NCBI GenBank assembly: GCA_040954595.2
Contig: CM082583.2
Coordinates: forward strand, 13,182,987-13,246,986
Length of the DNA stretch: 64,000 nt
Source: Balanoglossus misakiensis
Lineage: Eukaryota; Animalia; Hemichordata
Reading direction: 5' to 3'
Numbering within the stretch: the stretch's first letter is position 1; the number at the start of each line of letters is the position of its first letter. Both the position numbers and the translations under genes were made by a program. A model generated the notes under the pieces. That model was not told the origin of the DNA, searched no databases, and saw nothing but the letters and a program-made list of their open reading frames with translations. Shown here piece after piece: positions 37,556 through 50,925 of the stretch.

Positions 37556-40500
37556 CTATGATGCCGCAGACGCTGCTGATATCTCCGCTGCTCTTTGTTT
37601 GTCTCGCTCTAGCGCCCTCTCTTCTGCTTCCTGTTTGGCTCGATCCACGTTCTGTATGGTGGTACCCAGAATGCCCTCAATATCTTCAATGGCAGCCTGT
37701 CACAAAAGAGAGAAGGGTAAATGGCCGTTACAAAATGATTGAGCAAGTTTTGTGCCGCCACCTGTGTGGGAGATTAATGTGACCCGACGACTGATGAAGA
37801 ATCTGCGTGCTCACCTTGAAGTTGGTCTGTCCTTGCATGTTGGGAGCCGAGATTTCCTGATGGATGACGGAGAGGTTTCTGGCAAAAGTGGCTAAGGATC
37901 CCTGAAGCTCCTCCCCTATTGTCAGCATGCCAATCCCTTCGCGTTTGAAGCTGTCAATCAAGGTGAACACAGTGCCTTGCTTTTCCTGAAATTAACATCG
38001 TATACACATGTAAGTTTTTTTTATATTGACGCAGACTAAGCAGTAGACAATGATTGTGATGTAAATGAAATCCCAAGGGTAAAAAAGTAATGTGTAACAT
38101 TTGGATTTACCTTGATGTCAAAGCCAATACCATGAGCTCTGCACATCTGGAAGAAGACACTGTAGTGAACCACAGCTAGATTGGTATGCAGCAATCTTGT
38201 ACTCATCACAGCAAATCGGTTGATGTTCGGAGGGACCTAGAGAAAAAGTTTAAAGTATAAGCTCTAGTGACAGTCACTCTAAATATAAGCATGGACGGAA
38301 CTGAACGCTTCAAGATCACTCATGCCTATAATCATGACTCCAGTGTTTCATTCCATCACCAATTCAATGAACCCACCTCTGGTTCCTCGGGATCCCACCG
38401 ACTTCTTCGCTTCGTTTTCTTCTCCTTCTTGGGCGGCGGAACTTCAAAGACACAATTCTTTGTATCCAGCTTGCCACTGGTGACGTACAGCATGAGTTGA
38501 GTCATGGCCATGCTGTCACCGTACGACAGATTTAAATCTAAGGCCCACAGTTTTTGATCCATCTGTAAACATTTCCAAAAAAATAATATATGGATATTAC
38601 TTGTTTTGTATGGTTTGTGCTAGCTACTTCTGGTTAATACACAGAGTTATCCATGCACGTTGCTAAATTTAATTTTATGTCAACCAGGAAACTGTTTTAA
38701 ATTCAGACGATCAGATGCTGCATGGTACTCACAGAACGTCCGTCGATGAAGGTCACAAAGTCTACGGTGAAGTAACCAACAACGCCACGCTGGAGACAGG
38801 CTTTTCCAATTTTATCACAGGCATCATTCAACACTCCAGGCTCTACTGAGGACTGTGGTATGGAGATGCCCCAGGACATAAAGGGTGTGTCTGCATGGAT
38901 TTGATCGCCGCATGATATGATGTTGGTCTTGCCGGTTGGTTCGATTAACATATCCACGGATAATGCTGTGACACTGTCTGACGGTGGGCAAGCTTCGATG
39001 ATACCACCTGAAGGCGAAGAAAAATAAAATGCAAATGTTGTTTTGACTTAGGGTCAGGTCATAGTTCAAAGTTCAATATTGCTCACATACCGGTACATGC
39101 TGTCAACACAGACATCAACCATGCAGTCAATGACTCTACTTGTTTCACCTACCTTGACCAAGGAAAGCTTCTAGAAACTTCTCCCATGTTGGGAAGACTG
39201 CACTGTTGACAGGCTTACTGTTTTTTGCCAGAACTTCTGGAATTTCAGCGTGAATCTTGATGAAAGCTGCTTCCTGTTATCAGGTAAAAACAGAACAAAT
39301 TTTCTTAGTATATTTACTGCTCTTGACTCAGTTGCTTGTTATCACAGACAGAGGGCCAGGGTGTTTCTTTTGTTAGGATAAATGTCTACATCATTCCAAA
39401 AAGATTCGAGCAGACATTAATTGTGCAGATTTGCCTTGTGTCACAGAGCATTTTCAATGCGACCATTTATTTTCATAATAACTAAGCAAGATATAGGCAT
39501 CTACAAGGTCTGTTGTCAATAGCTTTACCTGCGCCCATTTCTTTTTCCATTTTTCGCCGTATCTCTGCTCTTCTTTCTTGGCCCAGTTGTAACATTTGAG
39601 GTGGGTGGTCACGTCACAGTAAGCAATTCCCCTGCCATCAAACTCATCATCCAATTTGAATAACCACCTCTTGACGTCAAGATTCTCGGTGACCAGCTGA
39701 GCTAAACACTCGTGCATCTAGATAAAGTTGAAAAAAAAGATAGTTATATGATTGTAATCATCTTGTACATCACTTTGTTTTGATACAAGATATGACTTTC
39801 TCTCAATACAGCAAACTGTACTTTCCCCCACTACAAACCCACATGAGCCTTGAGATACTAACCTGAGGCAAACTGTAGACATCGTATTCACTCGGTGGTA
39901 CTTCTACTTTGGCGCTCGCAAATACCCTTTTGGAACCAGACTTTGTGCTGTACAGTTGTGCAATGTCTGGCTCAGGACCCAATACAGGAACATCTACAAA
40001 ACAATGATCATACATGGAATTGAAACATTATAACTCAAAGGGAGTTCAAAGATTTTTTCCTAAGTTAACACAGCACTAGAATATCAAACAGATAATAAAG
40101 ATTGGTAAGTAGCAATATCTTTATCCCGCCCCCAGTGTCACAAAGATTGGTTGTAAAGGTTGAAAACAACAGAAAGAAAAGAAACTTACTCAAGATGTCT
40201 GCCACTGAAAGATCATCTTTATGTAAAACACCAGGGACAATATATGCCTCCCTTCCTTTGATTAAGTTCTGTATCCTCTGCAAGGCTTTAGGACTGTATT
40301 TAAGTAGCGTTGCTAAGCACATGGAATGACTCTGTGAAAAGAATCACCAGGGAACAAATCTAAGTTGGAAATTCCGGACTCTGTTGTGACCTCTGCCTGG
40401 CAATGACACATTGTTGTCACAATTTGCCTTTGTGGAAATTTTTTTGTGGCTGTCGTCACGGTTGAGTCATTTGGAAGTTGACACAGCTGTTCTTTGTTGA

Positions 40501-43500
40501 ATGGTGTAGTCTTGACTTGTCTTTAAGGTTTTACAAATACAACACTGCAGTTTGAAAATGGTCAATTTAAAAATAGAGAGTAGTCAGATGATGGAAGAGA
40601 TGAACAAAAATAAGGATTGGTGTAGAAGAGACATTCATTTTCACTTACAGGGAATCTATTGGAAGCCTCTGGAACAATGATTTTGTATCGACTGGAGACA
40701 TCTGCTTGATCTTCCACGTTACCAGTGCTGACCGCTTGCTTCAAACCCATTAACTTTGCATAGTACTGTAATGTCTCATCGTTCACTTGGACAGGGCAGA
40801 TGTAAATTACTTCAACATTTGGATCTGTGAAACAGGCAGGGCGTGAGGAATATTTTGTGGTATTGCATGGTGGTTTACTTATACGCAAGAAATCTCAAAA
40901 TGCAATATACTTCAGAATGCAATGTACTTCATTTGTTTGATTAGTTCCAAATTTGTGGAAGCCACAGTGATGATTCAAGATGTACAGAGAAACAGACTTA
41001 CCTCCTATATCACATATCCTGGCCATTTGTAAGTTTTGTCGTATGTTCATATCCTTGACGGAATCTCTAATTTTTTGTGAGTACCCAAGTGACGGAATGT
41101 GAATCAAAACTCTCCTGGACTTTTGGATACGATTCCAGTTTGCCTTGAATTTCTGTGTGTGAAGAAACAAATATTTTATGACATCATCCAGAAATTTTCT
41201 TATAAGCTGGGTTCAAATGCTCAATTCTAGATTTGTAGGATTTCCATTTTGTTATATAGCACAGTCTGGTACTTGCATTGGCATCTATACATGTACTATA
41301 TGTAATATCATGAAAAACCACAAATAGCTCACCCTTGCCCTCTCCCGGAACAACTCCAAATGTGTCTGCCTTGTGGCTTTCAATTGTTTCCTAATCTTGG
41401 ACAACTTGACGTTCATAATCCAGGATATTGCGATCACACCAGCTGCCCACTTCTTCCTCCTGTATTCCAAGTACGCAGTCCTGTCTTTATAGCGCCTCCA
41501 TGTGGCTTGAATTTTAGTCGCGGCCACGTGTTCCCCATCAGGTCCCAGGAAGCGTCTCCCAGGTCGCCTTATAATGGCTTCTACATCGTCTATGTTAATT
41601 ATTACACTGAGTAAGTCTTTCACTGTTGGTTGTTTCTCTAGTTCAAATTCCAGTGACAGATCTGCAAGTCTGTTGAGGGAAGAAAACAGAATTTCAGTCA
41701 GATATTGGTATCATCTCTCCATCATAGGTGTGTGTATCATGGAAACCATGGTTATGACTGAGTATAGTTTAGGTCCTAGATTTGTGGAAGTCAATGAGAC
41801 AGCTTGATGCTGACAGGCACTGAAATTTCAGTAATGACAGACAAGACCCAGTTCTTACTTGTCTCCGTTGATGAAGGCCAACGGCACTGCGTAGTTTTGT
41901 AGCATTCTCTCCATATATTGCAACATTGTAACAATGCTGCCCCAAGAGAGGCAGTAATGCTGTTTGAAAGCCAGGAAGTCCTGTGATTGGTCGCGGATTT
42001 TACCGTGCTGAATTGCGAATCGGTGACTTAGGTGTTTGAATTCACTGGCTGGAGTCGTCGGTGGGGGCTGGGGGGAAAGAATCAAGAATACATGTATGAC
42101 GATTGATAGAGTGATGTTTTGTTTTGTTTTTAATGTCAAAATTTATTTCGTACTGGTGGTGGTGGAAACTTTTGATCGGTGGAATTTGAAGATTTCTACT
42201 TTTGCAAAGAAAGTCTGTCATGTGAAAAATAAATATATGCCACAATTTAAAATAGATTTACAGTGAGTGCAGACAGTGTCAGAAAATTTACTCAAGCAAT
42301 GCCAAAAATCGTGTTTATGCATGTGAATACATTGCATCAAAGCAACGTGTTGTATGGTGATAAAAAACAAACCTGTGAACAACTCATGATTTGCCGTGCT
42401 TTGTGCGATAAATGTGAACAGCAAATTGCCGTGATTGTGACAAAACTTTCACAGTGCAGCAATGTGTCATTATCATGCCATGTGATTATCTGCCTTAACA
42501 TGCTGGGAAGAACTGTGAAGGTGACCTCTGAACTTACCAACTCACTTATGCATAGCAATGGCTGATGCGATGGAAGGTTGAATGTGAGATTTTAAGATTA
42601 AATGTTAGTCAGGGAAAATTTAAATTAAGTGTAACTAGACGTATATTCTAATGAAGACAGTTTGCATCATAGAGCAAAATTAACATTTGACACTTACAAA
42701 TACAACCTGCATAAACTGAACACAAGTGGGGACAGGAAATTTGTTTTGTAAAGAGAGTGTTTAGTAAACAGGATTCCTGTTGACATGATTCTATAATTGT
42801 GCCCCAAATTTCCTTTGATATGAATAGTTCAAAAGATAACCTGTTCCTGCAAGTGATCGTGTTAACTCACCAATGGTTGAAGTGGGCCTTCATGAGTTTT
42901 GACCGGTACTAAGCTTTTACCAGACTTTGCCGAAGACGCCATCCTGGACCTTGGCGTTCCTTGCACCCACGAGCTGTCGCCGTCCCTCTCGGAGGGCAGT
43001 TTGGCCGACCTTGACCTTGACCCCAAGGAGATGGTGTCTGTGGCTTTGGTTTGCAAGTCCATCTTGATGGAAGCAAAGTTGAAACTGCCATCTGTGAACA
43101 CAAATAGTGAGACAAGATTTCAGTTGTGTTATTTCAAAGATTAATGTTTCGGCAGCTGTTTACTGTTGTGTGATGGAATGTCCCTATTAAACATCCACTC
43201 ATCCTGAAACTGGCTGCTGAGAAAGAGACATTTCTAATATGCTCTCACCTCCAATTCCAGCGGCTGGACCTTTCTGTTCCTTCTTCTCCGCCGGATCTCT
43301 CAGCTCCATGATTTTGTGACGGACAGGAGACGGATCTAATGTGAGTTCAGCTGCTGGGGGTATCAGTCCCCGTTCGAGCAAACTCAGAATTCCTTTCTTG
43401 GCATCTTTTTCAGTAATTGGAGGTGGAATCATCTGCAAGAGAATTTGTTATCTGAATCAGTTTGGGTAAAACTTGTCAAACATTTGGGACTGAAGAGATT

Positions 43501-46500
43501 GTTCCATTTGCAGATGTGTCCAGTGTATAGAGGTTCTAGTCATATATGTATGGGGTTCTGTGGAAGAGACTGGAAAAGGTGTTCGGAACAGCCATGTTTC
43601 CAGATTAGACAGGGTCCGGTTTAGACAGGTTTTTAGTGTAATCCTGTAACCTACCGATGGATCTACTCTATTGGCCCTCGGTAAAACGGCCAGGTGGTCC
43701 ACGGTAGACCCTGTTGTTGCTTTCTGTGCTGGTACTTTGTGTTGCCGTTTGTCAATGATGGCCGGTAGAGACACCCCATATGTGTCATTGAGCACTTCCC
43801 TGTTTTGTGAGTTTGTCGGGTCGTGTGCCGCTCTCATCGCATGCGCATATTTGGACTGCAAAGTAAAATGAACAACATATAAGATACATCATCACAATTA
43901 ACATTTTGTTCATATTTTTATCAGTCTTTTGAAGCTATTGGTGATGTTAATTTGAATGCCAAAAGTCTGAGTCTAACCTGTTGGCCTGGTGAAGGACCTT
44001 GCATATTCTGTACTGGTTCCATTCTTGTCAGTCTTGGTATTGGTTTCTTATCATAGTCCCTGCAATGGATATCATATTTGAAAATTGAGGCATATTTGTA
44101 GTATATGTAACTATTCAACATTATGATGGGCAGGAGGAGTTTTGTATCAAAGTGGTATGGAATCATTCAACATGTGCTCACCTCTCTGCAATGCCCAGAG
44201 TGTGTCTCCGTGATCGCTTGGACACTTCCAATTTCTGTCCAGTATGCAAATCATACACAGCCTCTCTGCAAAATTCAAAAGTAATATACTGTTGTGTTAC
44301 TGTATTACTAACACACAATCTGATGATTATCTTGTTCTATTTATTTCAACATAAAATCTACTGGAGAAATTCATGATTTTTCATTTGAATTTTTTTCTTC
44401 AAACTTCAAGCAGTGGTATGGTCGGTCCCATTGTATTCAGTGGGTGTGGTTGGACACTTACATAGGTGAACAGGGGTGGAAGGGTGAAACCAACACAAAC
44501 TTACTGTGATGTCATAGGGAGAGGGTGTTTCATACCAGCCAGGTCCAACGCTGGTAGTGTCATCACCTGATTATTCGCTGAATGCAGAACATTTTCAGCT
44601 TGAGTCTGGGTGCAAAACAAAACAGAAGCCATTTGTTATTTTGATGAACAGTATCATTAAAAACAAACTATTTTAACACTAGACACTACAAACAGTTTCC
44701 TGTAAGAAAAACATTTACAAAAGCTACAGTCTAATCTTATATGAGTTTCTTTGTCTTTGTGACCTTGTTATTGTTTGGCTTCTTGAAAAATCTATAAATT
44801 TTATTGATTTTCTGTAAAAGAACTGTATACCATTAGAAGAAAATGCATACGTACCCATTTTATTGTTAACTATTGTTACAACAAGAAGTTTGGACCCATG
44901 TACAGGAAAATGAAATTGACACATAAAACAATATCGTGGGTAAAAGATCGCAAGATGTTTATACCTTAATTCCATGTTGTGTTCTCTCTATGGCACTTTC
45001 CAATGCTCTGAGGTCAATCAACTCGCGCGTACCATCAGACAGCGTTTTCTGACCGATGTGGTCGTGAAGTTGTTGCAAATCTTCCTGGACCTAAAGAAAC
45101 ATCAAAAGATTGGACAATGTCAAAGTGAGTACAGAACATTAGAATTTTAATTGTACATCTGATATACGTGTTTGTGGTAACATACACTATATTTATATAC
45201 AAATAATAACATCTCTTGTAATTCACCCGAATAGATGAGATCATGCACTGTACTGTAAAACGGTGGTTTACATGCAATAATCACAAACAAAGACAACTGA
45301 AACAGAACACCAGTTCTTCGTAATTCTCTTTCAGACAAGGAGAACTTTAGAGTAGCTGATGTTTACAGTAGAGACAAACATTGAGGTATTTCCTTTCCAA
45401 AGACTGTACCAACGCACGTACACAGTACTATTAAATTTGCTATAAAAAAACCCACATTTTGTCGATTTTCTGTGATTGGAGGTGAAAATCAAAGTGTTCG
45501 AATTTTTACTGCAACTGGAAATTTTGGTGACTGTATACAGAATACAGTCGCTTTCTAATAGCCTTGTACATGTCCATTTGCAAAATAACCAAAACGTGTT
45601 AAAACTCTTTCTGTGTTGAGACCCTAGCAACAATTAACACACATGGTATTTAATTAAAGTTCAAGATGAGTGTTTGTGACTGAGCAAATGTCAAAAGGGA
45701 ACTGTGTTAGCTTGACATCCGTATGTTCTCTGTGATTTAATACTGAAGTAGGGTTTTAGCTAGGCACACAGACTGCACTAAGACAGTTATTGACTCTAGA
45801 ATCAACATACTAGTAGAAGTTGCTAAGTATCAGGCAAATATTGAGTATTTATTTTACCAGAATGCCCTGTTTTCTTCCAACCAAGCAGAACAAAGGGAGA
45901 CCGATAATGAGCACTACAGACTTCAAACAAAGTCTGCAATTACTAGTATACTGCTGGCTCAGTGGTAGCCTAATAACAAAGTCTGACATTTAGCACCTGT
46001 GACAAATTGATTGGATATAAACATTGAAATCATGTTGAGTTTTGAAATTCACATATTTTTGTGTTTTTACAAATGGTGTCACCAGCTCAAAATGACGTAA
46101 TTATATTAGCTATGAAATAAGACGTAGATGTTTAAAATGCACCTGATTGATTAAACTTTCATGACAAACTGAAGCTTCAGCTGACTTGTGGGTAACAACC
46201 ATGTAATATACATGTAATAAATGCATAATTTATTTGATGACAATCAGCTAACTGCCTTTCATCCACTTGCACTGCAATGCATCCTCTGAGTGAAGTGTTA
46301 TAAATACTTAAAAATTAAGTGCAAAACGGCTGTATGCTATTATTAATTATTATTAAACCGTGGCTTTGTGGTGTATTGTTGCTGTGCTTGAAAATTAAAA
46401 ACTTACAGCTATTTTGCAGATGTTGACACATTTGACAATAATCTATTTACATTGAGTAGAAGTTACATTTGTTGTTGATGTTATCATTAATTATGTTGTT

Positions 46501-46970
46501 GTTGTTGTTTGTTCTTGTTGTTTTGCTAATTATTCGGTGTAAAAGTGATTCACACGTCTTTCTGTCTTCTTTTAAAAAGAACAACAAGTGCATATAGTAG
46601 TCATGTCAGACGTGTTGAATGATTGATGTGGTCAACATAACAGTCTATTTAATAATCGAGTCTACACTTGACAGTCTGTGCAGATCTATACACTATACAG
46701 TCTTCATAAGTTTGCATTGAATCGTGAAGGCAGGTGTTTTTACAAATTCAAACTCACTCCATCACTTCAAATGGGCTTGCAGCGGATGCAGACATTTAAA
46801 GGAATCGGATACTGGTTTCACCTGTCTGTGTTTGGAAGGGCGGCCATCACATGCTACAGTGAGTTTGAAAGTGGGAGTCCCGGGTGGCGGAAGACGAAGT
46901 CGTACGTTACCTTTGCCAGGATCTCACCGAGATCCTCGTGTCTCCGGTCGATTTCTGTTCCCGCAAACAT
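37556..46970 (-). CDS. IQCH: IQ motif-containing protein H, 1137 aa, 21 coding exons
   Basis: Exons (high-low): 46970-46911, 45090-44965, 44605-44505, 44265-44182, 44059-43978, 43855-43655, 43432-43249, 43091-42871, 42067-41859, 41669-41333, 41152-41002, 40824-40649, 40331-40190, 39993-39863, 39717-39529, 39273-39153, 39007-38733, 38562-38377, 38236-38111, 37985-37815, 37696-37556. All introns are GT-AG, phases are consistent, total 3414 nt. IQ motif [15 protein letters not shown]; IQCH-typical [39 protein letters not shown] and [15 protein letters not shown]. Confidence 0.93.
43466..43638. mobile_element. MITE copy 2 (same family as 9605-9762, opposite orientation), filling most of an IQCH intron
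   Basis: gtttccagattagacagggtccggtttagacaggtt, tttgcagatgtgtccagtgtatagaggttct and gggactgaaga match reverse complements of segments of 9605-9762. Confidence 0.75.
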
Positions 46971-47230
46971 TTTGTAGGACTTCTCTCAAGTACGAGACAT
47001 ACACTGAAATAGAAATCACTCAGGACGGGGCCATCTAACCGGTCGATCGCTGCAGGTTCATGCTCGATCCATTCTGCTAGTGCTACGAATCGCCATTACT
47101 TTACACAGTAACGTTCCTCAGCAACCAGGACGCAAACAACTCTGCACGCATGCTCGGTGTGATCGATGAAAACGACAAAAATAAAACAAAAGAATAAAGC
47201 AATACAATATGTTGAGGGCAGCAATGCAAA
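46971..47230. promoter_or_regulatory. Bidirectional promoter region IQCH/AAGAB
   Basis: 260 bp between divergent ATGs, locally CpG-rich. RFX X-box-like GTTCCTCAGCAAC at 47113-47125; YY1-like AAAATGGCTGC overlapping the AAGAB ATG. Confidence 0.75.
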
Positions 47231-49750
47231 ATGGCTGCGCCCTGTGCCGTCGTCGTAACCTGCTCGCCAATTTTAGACCCAGACAACGTCATAAAAGGTA
47301 TAGTGTGACTTGTGAATAACGAAGCAACAATAACGACTCTGTCATATATTTATGGTGCTGTTTTCACTGCTTAAGGAGAATCTTTTATCAAGCTATCTTA
47401 TTATGTTCGCACAAGTGCCACAGACTCAACTATGTTCGAGGCAGGATGGGGAGGGGCAATAGTCGTAGTAATGCCTTCAAAGATAAAGCTCTTATCTGTC
47501 AGTTAAAGCGTAGGTTATGTAGATAACTGAACGTGCAACAATTTTGGCATTTCAGAAATAATTGGCGTGGACAGTTTACCAGAAGCCAAGGCGAGGGTGG
47601 AAAGTATAGAGGCCTATCCTTGGAAAATTTCAAATAAATACTATGCAGCTGATGTTGAATTGTGCAGACTACCTCGGAAGACACTGGGAGACTCAGAATT
47701 TGCAGAATCTGTAGAGGCAATCATCGTCCTGTTTGAAAACAAGGTAAATCTGTCTATTGTACCTAAGCCTGTAAAAAATGACCGAGCATATGAACCTTGA
47801 ATGCACACTTTATTTTGGAAAACAAGTCCTTTCTAGATAATAAAATTCTCTTCATCCCTAAAACACAACCTCAAAATAATTTTTGTTGAATATACATTGC
47901 CAGAAACCCAGTTTTGATGAAGTGAAAACTTGGCTCCCGTTCGTGAGGGAATGGAATCCTGAAGTGAGAATTCTTGCCTGTAATAAGTTCATCTCTGAAC
48001 ATGGTAAGTTAATCTTTCTTTCAGCATTTACCACATGAAACATTACATAGATAGTTTTGAAAATGTTTTGAAAATGGTAATACCTCTCAATCAACATGAT
48101 TTAAAATATTTAAATAAATAAAGAATTGACAATTCAACCATTCCTGATCATACTATTGACTCATTTATGTTTTGATGTTCAGATATCACACAACATGATG
48201 CTCAGTTGTGGTGCATAGATAACGCCTTTGAGTTGGTAGAATTGAGAACCATGGCAACAGAAGATAGTGATGATGAAGAAGAAGATGGTAGGTCTTCTGA
48301 AAATTTGGAATCATTTCCTCAATTTATTGGTTTCAGTCAGAGATTGTTTCCAGTTCCTAGTTCATCTTTTGCAAATGCAGTCAATTATTATGATGATTCT
48401 TTTTCTGTTGTAGATGTCAATGGTATGAAGAGAATAATTTCAGCCTTACATGCCCACACCTGGTCCAATCTTGTCATGAAAGGTAACTCCATAGTTCTGA
48501 ATCTATGATTTTTGCATTACTGAGTGTGAATTAATTTGCACAGCAGACGACCCTGGAATTATTCATGATGTGTAGCACCTGACGCAGCGTACAGTGCAGA
48601 GAGATTGCAGAGTGTCCTCCAACTTTTGAATAATCCCTACTATACACATATAATGTTCATTTTATTTCTCCCAGAGAGACCTAATGCCAGTCCTTTGGAT
48701 TATCTTGGTCTCTGTGAAGCGATGAACTCCCGACCGAACAACGCTGCCGAGGCTGCTGCCAGGGGACAAGGCGAGAAGGCAGATACTGAAACAAAAGAAA
48801 TGGACACAGAGCTGGGCAGCAGTGCTGTGGACAAAAATTCCCAGAACTGGCAAGGTGTCAGCGACGGCCAAAATAACACAGACACCACAGACAATGACAG
48901 GACTTGTGGGGAGAACAATGAGAATAACTCCAGTGATAAGAACAGTGAGTGTGACAAGACGGAAAAGGCCGATAGTGAACCCATGGAAAAGGAAGGAAAG
49001 TTGTCGAAGGGAGCCGGAGCGGAGGAAGAGGGGGTGGGGGGAGCAGAGGCTGCACTGCCTGGAGATGACAACAAAAAACAGAAAGAAAAGGGCCTTAGTC
49101 ACACACAGAGGATAGGTATGTCATGGTGAAGTCATTGGTGTTGTATCACTGTTCCTTTCAAGCCATGTCATATTTCAGAACTTGTCATCATGACACCTAC
49201 AGTATTCCTCATAAAATGCATGACTGACTATACCATAGACATCTACTGTCTATGACTATACTCACCGTCAGAAGTCTTTTATATCTCACTTCTTTTTGTG
49301 TTCTTTTCACTGACAGACTCTCTGTTAAGTGAGGAAGATAGGGCATTGTATCAAGCTCTGGGCAACGAAGACCCAGGTGAAACCTCCTTTGAACAACTCT
49401 TTGAAGAATTTGCCAAAATGAAAGGTAACTAACCCCTTCACCAAGACAAAAGCTGGTTCCTACATCCATGTGCAGTACCAATGACCTTGGTTGCAAGCAC
49501 CCACAAATCACACCCTAACTTATCACAAAATGCTCTATTCCCTCAGAAACACAATAGGTATTTTACAGTAAATTTGGTTTACTTTTATATTTCAACAGAA
49601 AGAGCAGAAACTTTGCCACAAGAGGAAAGAAAATCGTATGCCGAAAAAGTTACAATTGCATTTTGGAGAGCCATGGGAGGCGATATGGATGAAATCAAAG
49701 GACTGTCTTCAGATGATGATGATGACGACGATGACGATGATGATGTTTGA
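47231..49750 (+). CDS. AAGAB: Alpha- and gamma-adaptin-binding protein p34, about 420 aa, 8 exons
   Basis: Exons 47231-47297, 47556-47743, 47904-48003, 48183-48287, 48381(or 48414)-48482, 48675-49115, 49317-49424, 49599-49750. Motifs [65 protein letters not shown] and [29 protein letters not shown] match AAGAB. Confidence 0.93.
49712..49745 (+). repeat. (GAY)n coding repeat giving a poly-Asp C-terminal tail of AAGAB
   Basis: Eleven consecutive Asp codons before Val-stop; degenerate GAT/GAC triplets continue in the 3' UTR near 49772-49800. Confidence 0.85.
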
Positions 49751-50905
49751 AATATGATAAGTTGTTTTTTAGACGATGACAATGATGGATAATAATGATG
49801 TCATCTAAATTTAAAAGACTCCAAGTCAATGTCTCTCAACTAATTTTTTCGCTTTTCAGTATTTTTCTATCATACCAAAACTAAGATCGTTTACCAGAAA
49901 TTTATCCCTACTTATAAATTTACGGATTTTTTCATTTTGAAAAATGGCACGAGCCATAGCCACTAAGTTGTTTTCGGTTTATGTTAGCGTGAAAAATGCA
50001 TTCATGTGGTGTTTAGTGTAAATGTGCATTATTCTTCAAGTGATGTGGTATTCATGTGCGATGTTGCCATGACAATTGGAGATGCTCAGAATGTCTTCCA
50101 ACTTAATTACTCATGGAATTTGAGAAGTTGAAAGTTCATGATCAAGATGCCTTTCTGGCTGAAAATGTAAGACAAACTGACACATGGATTTGTTGGTTTT
50201 CGGATATGCTTTGTATATCAGATATGATGGGTATGGAATTATGATACAGACTACTCTGAGTTGAAGGTATCTGTTTGTGGAAACTGGAAAAAGTATATTG
50301 AATCCATTGATTTGGTAATTTAATTTTGGAGTACTATGTCAAATCCAGTGTAAGTTATTACATAGCAGGGTGGACAGCAGAAAAACTAATTGGTTTTAAT
50401 TTTCAGTGACATAATGATTTCTACCTGAGTGTTAACACATCATCGGGGTGGGATGCATTGAATCATGTTCTCCAAACAATATGAATATGTATGGATTGTA
50501 TCTTGTTCTTGGGAATGTGAAGCTGAAGGGATGCCATAGTAAGTCTTCACATAGATTATTTGCATGAGTAGTTGACTTATAGATGGCTTGTAAATAGCTC
50601 AGGCTATGCTGCAAGTGTTTTTATTTTTAAATGTTGATTTGGCACTGAAGATAGGATCAGTCAATTTCACCACTCCTAAGTGACCCCAACACTGTGTAAA
50701 TTCTCAGGCATTTTCTAGCAGATGTTTTCTTTTTAATGTCTATGCTTTGCCAAAACGAATCCGAGGAAAAGCTCAGTAAACCTTTGACCTTGTCACTCGA
50801 TGTTCATTTGTTTTCTAACGCCGAACCTTTAGAATCAGAGGTATCCTAGGTGTTCTTTTTCCACGGATGGTAAATATTAAGAGCAAGTTAAAGGCTCCAA
50901 TGTAC

Positions 50906-50914
50906 TCACATGAC
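50906..50914. promoter_or_regulatory. CLEAR/M-box (TFEB/MITF family) motif next to the GLMP start
   Basis: TCACATGAC (reverse complement GTCATGTGA), 11 bp upstream of the ATG. A second CCACATGAC lies at 51279-51287 in intron 1. Confidence 0.55.
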
Positions 50915-50925
50915 TTTTCACAAAC

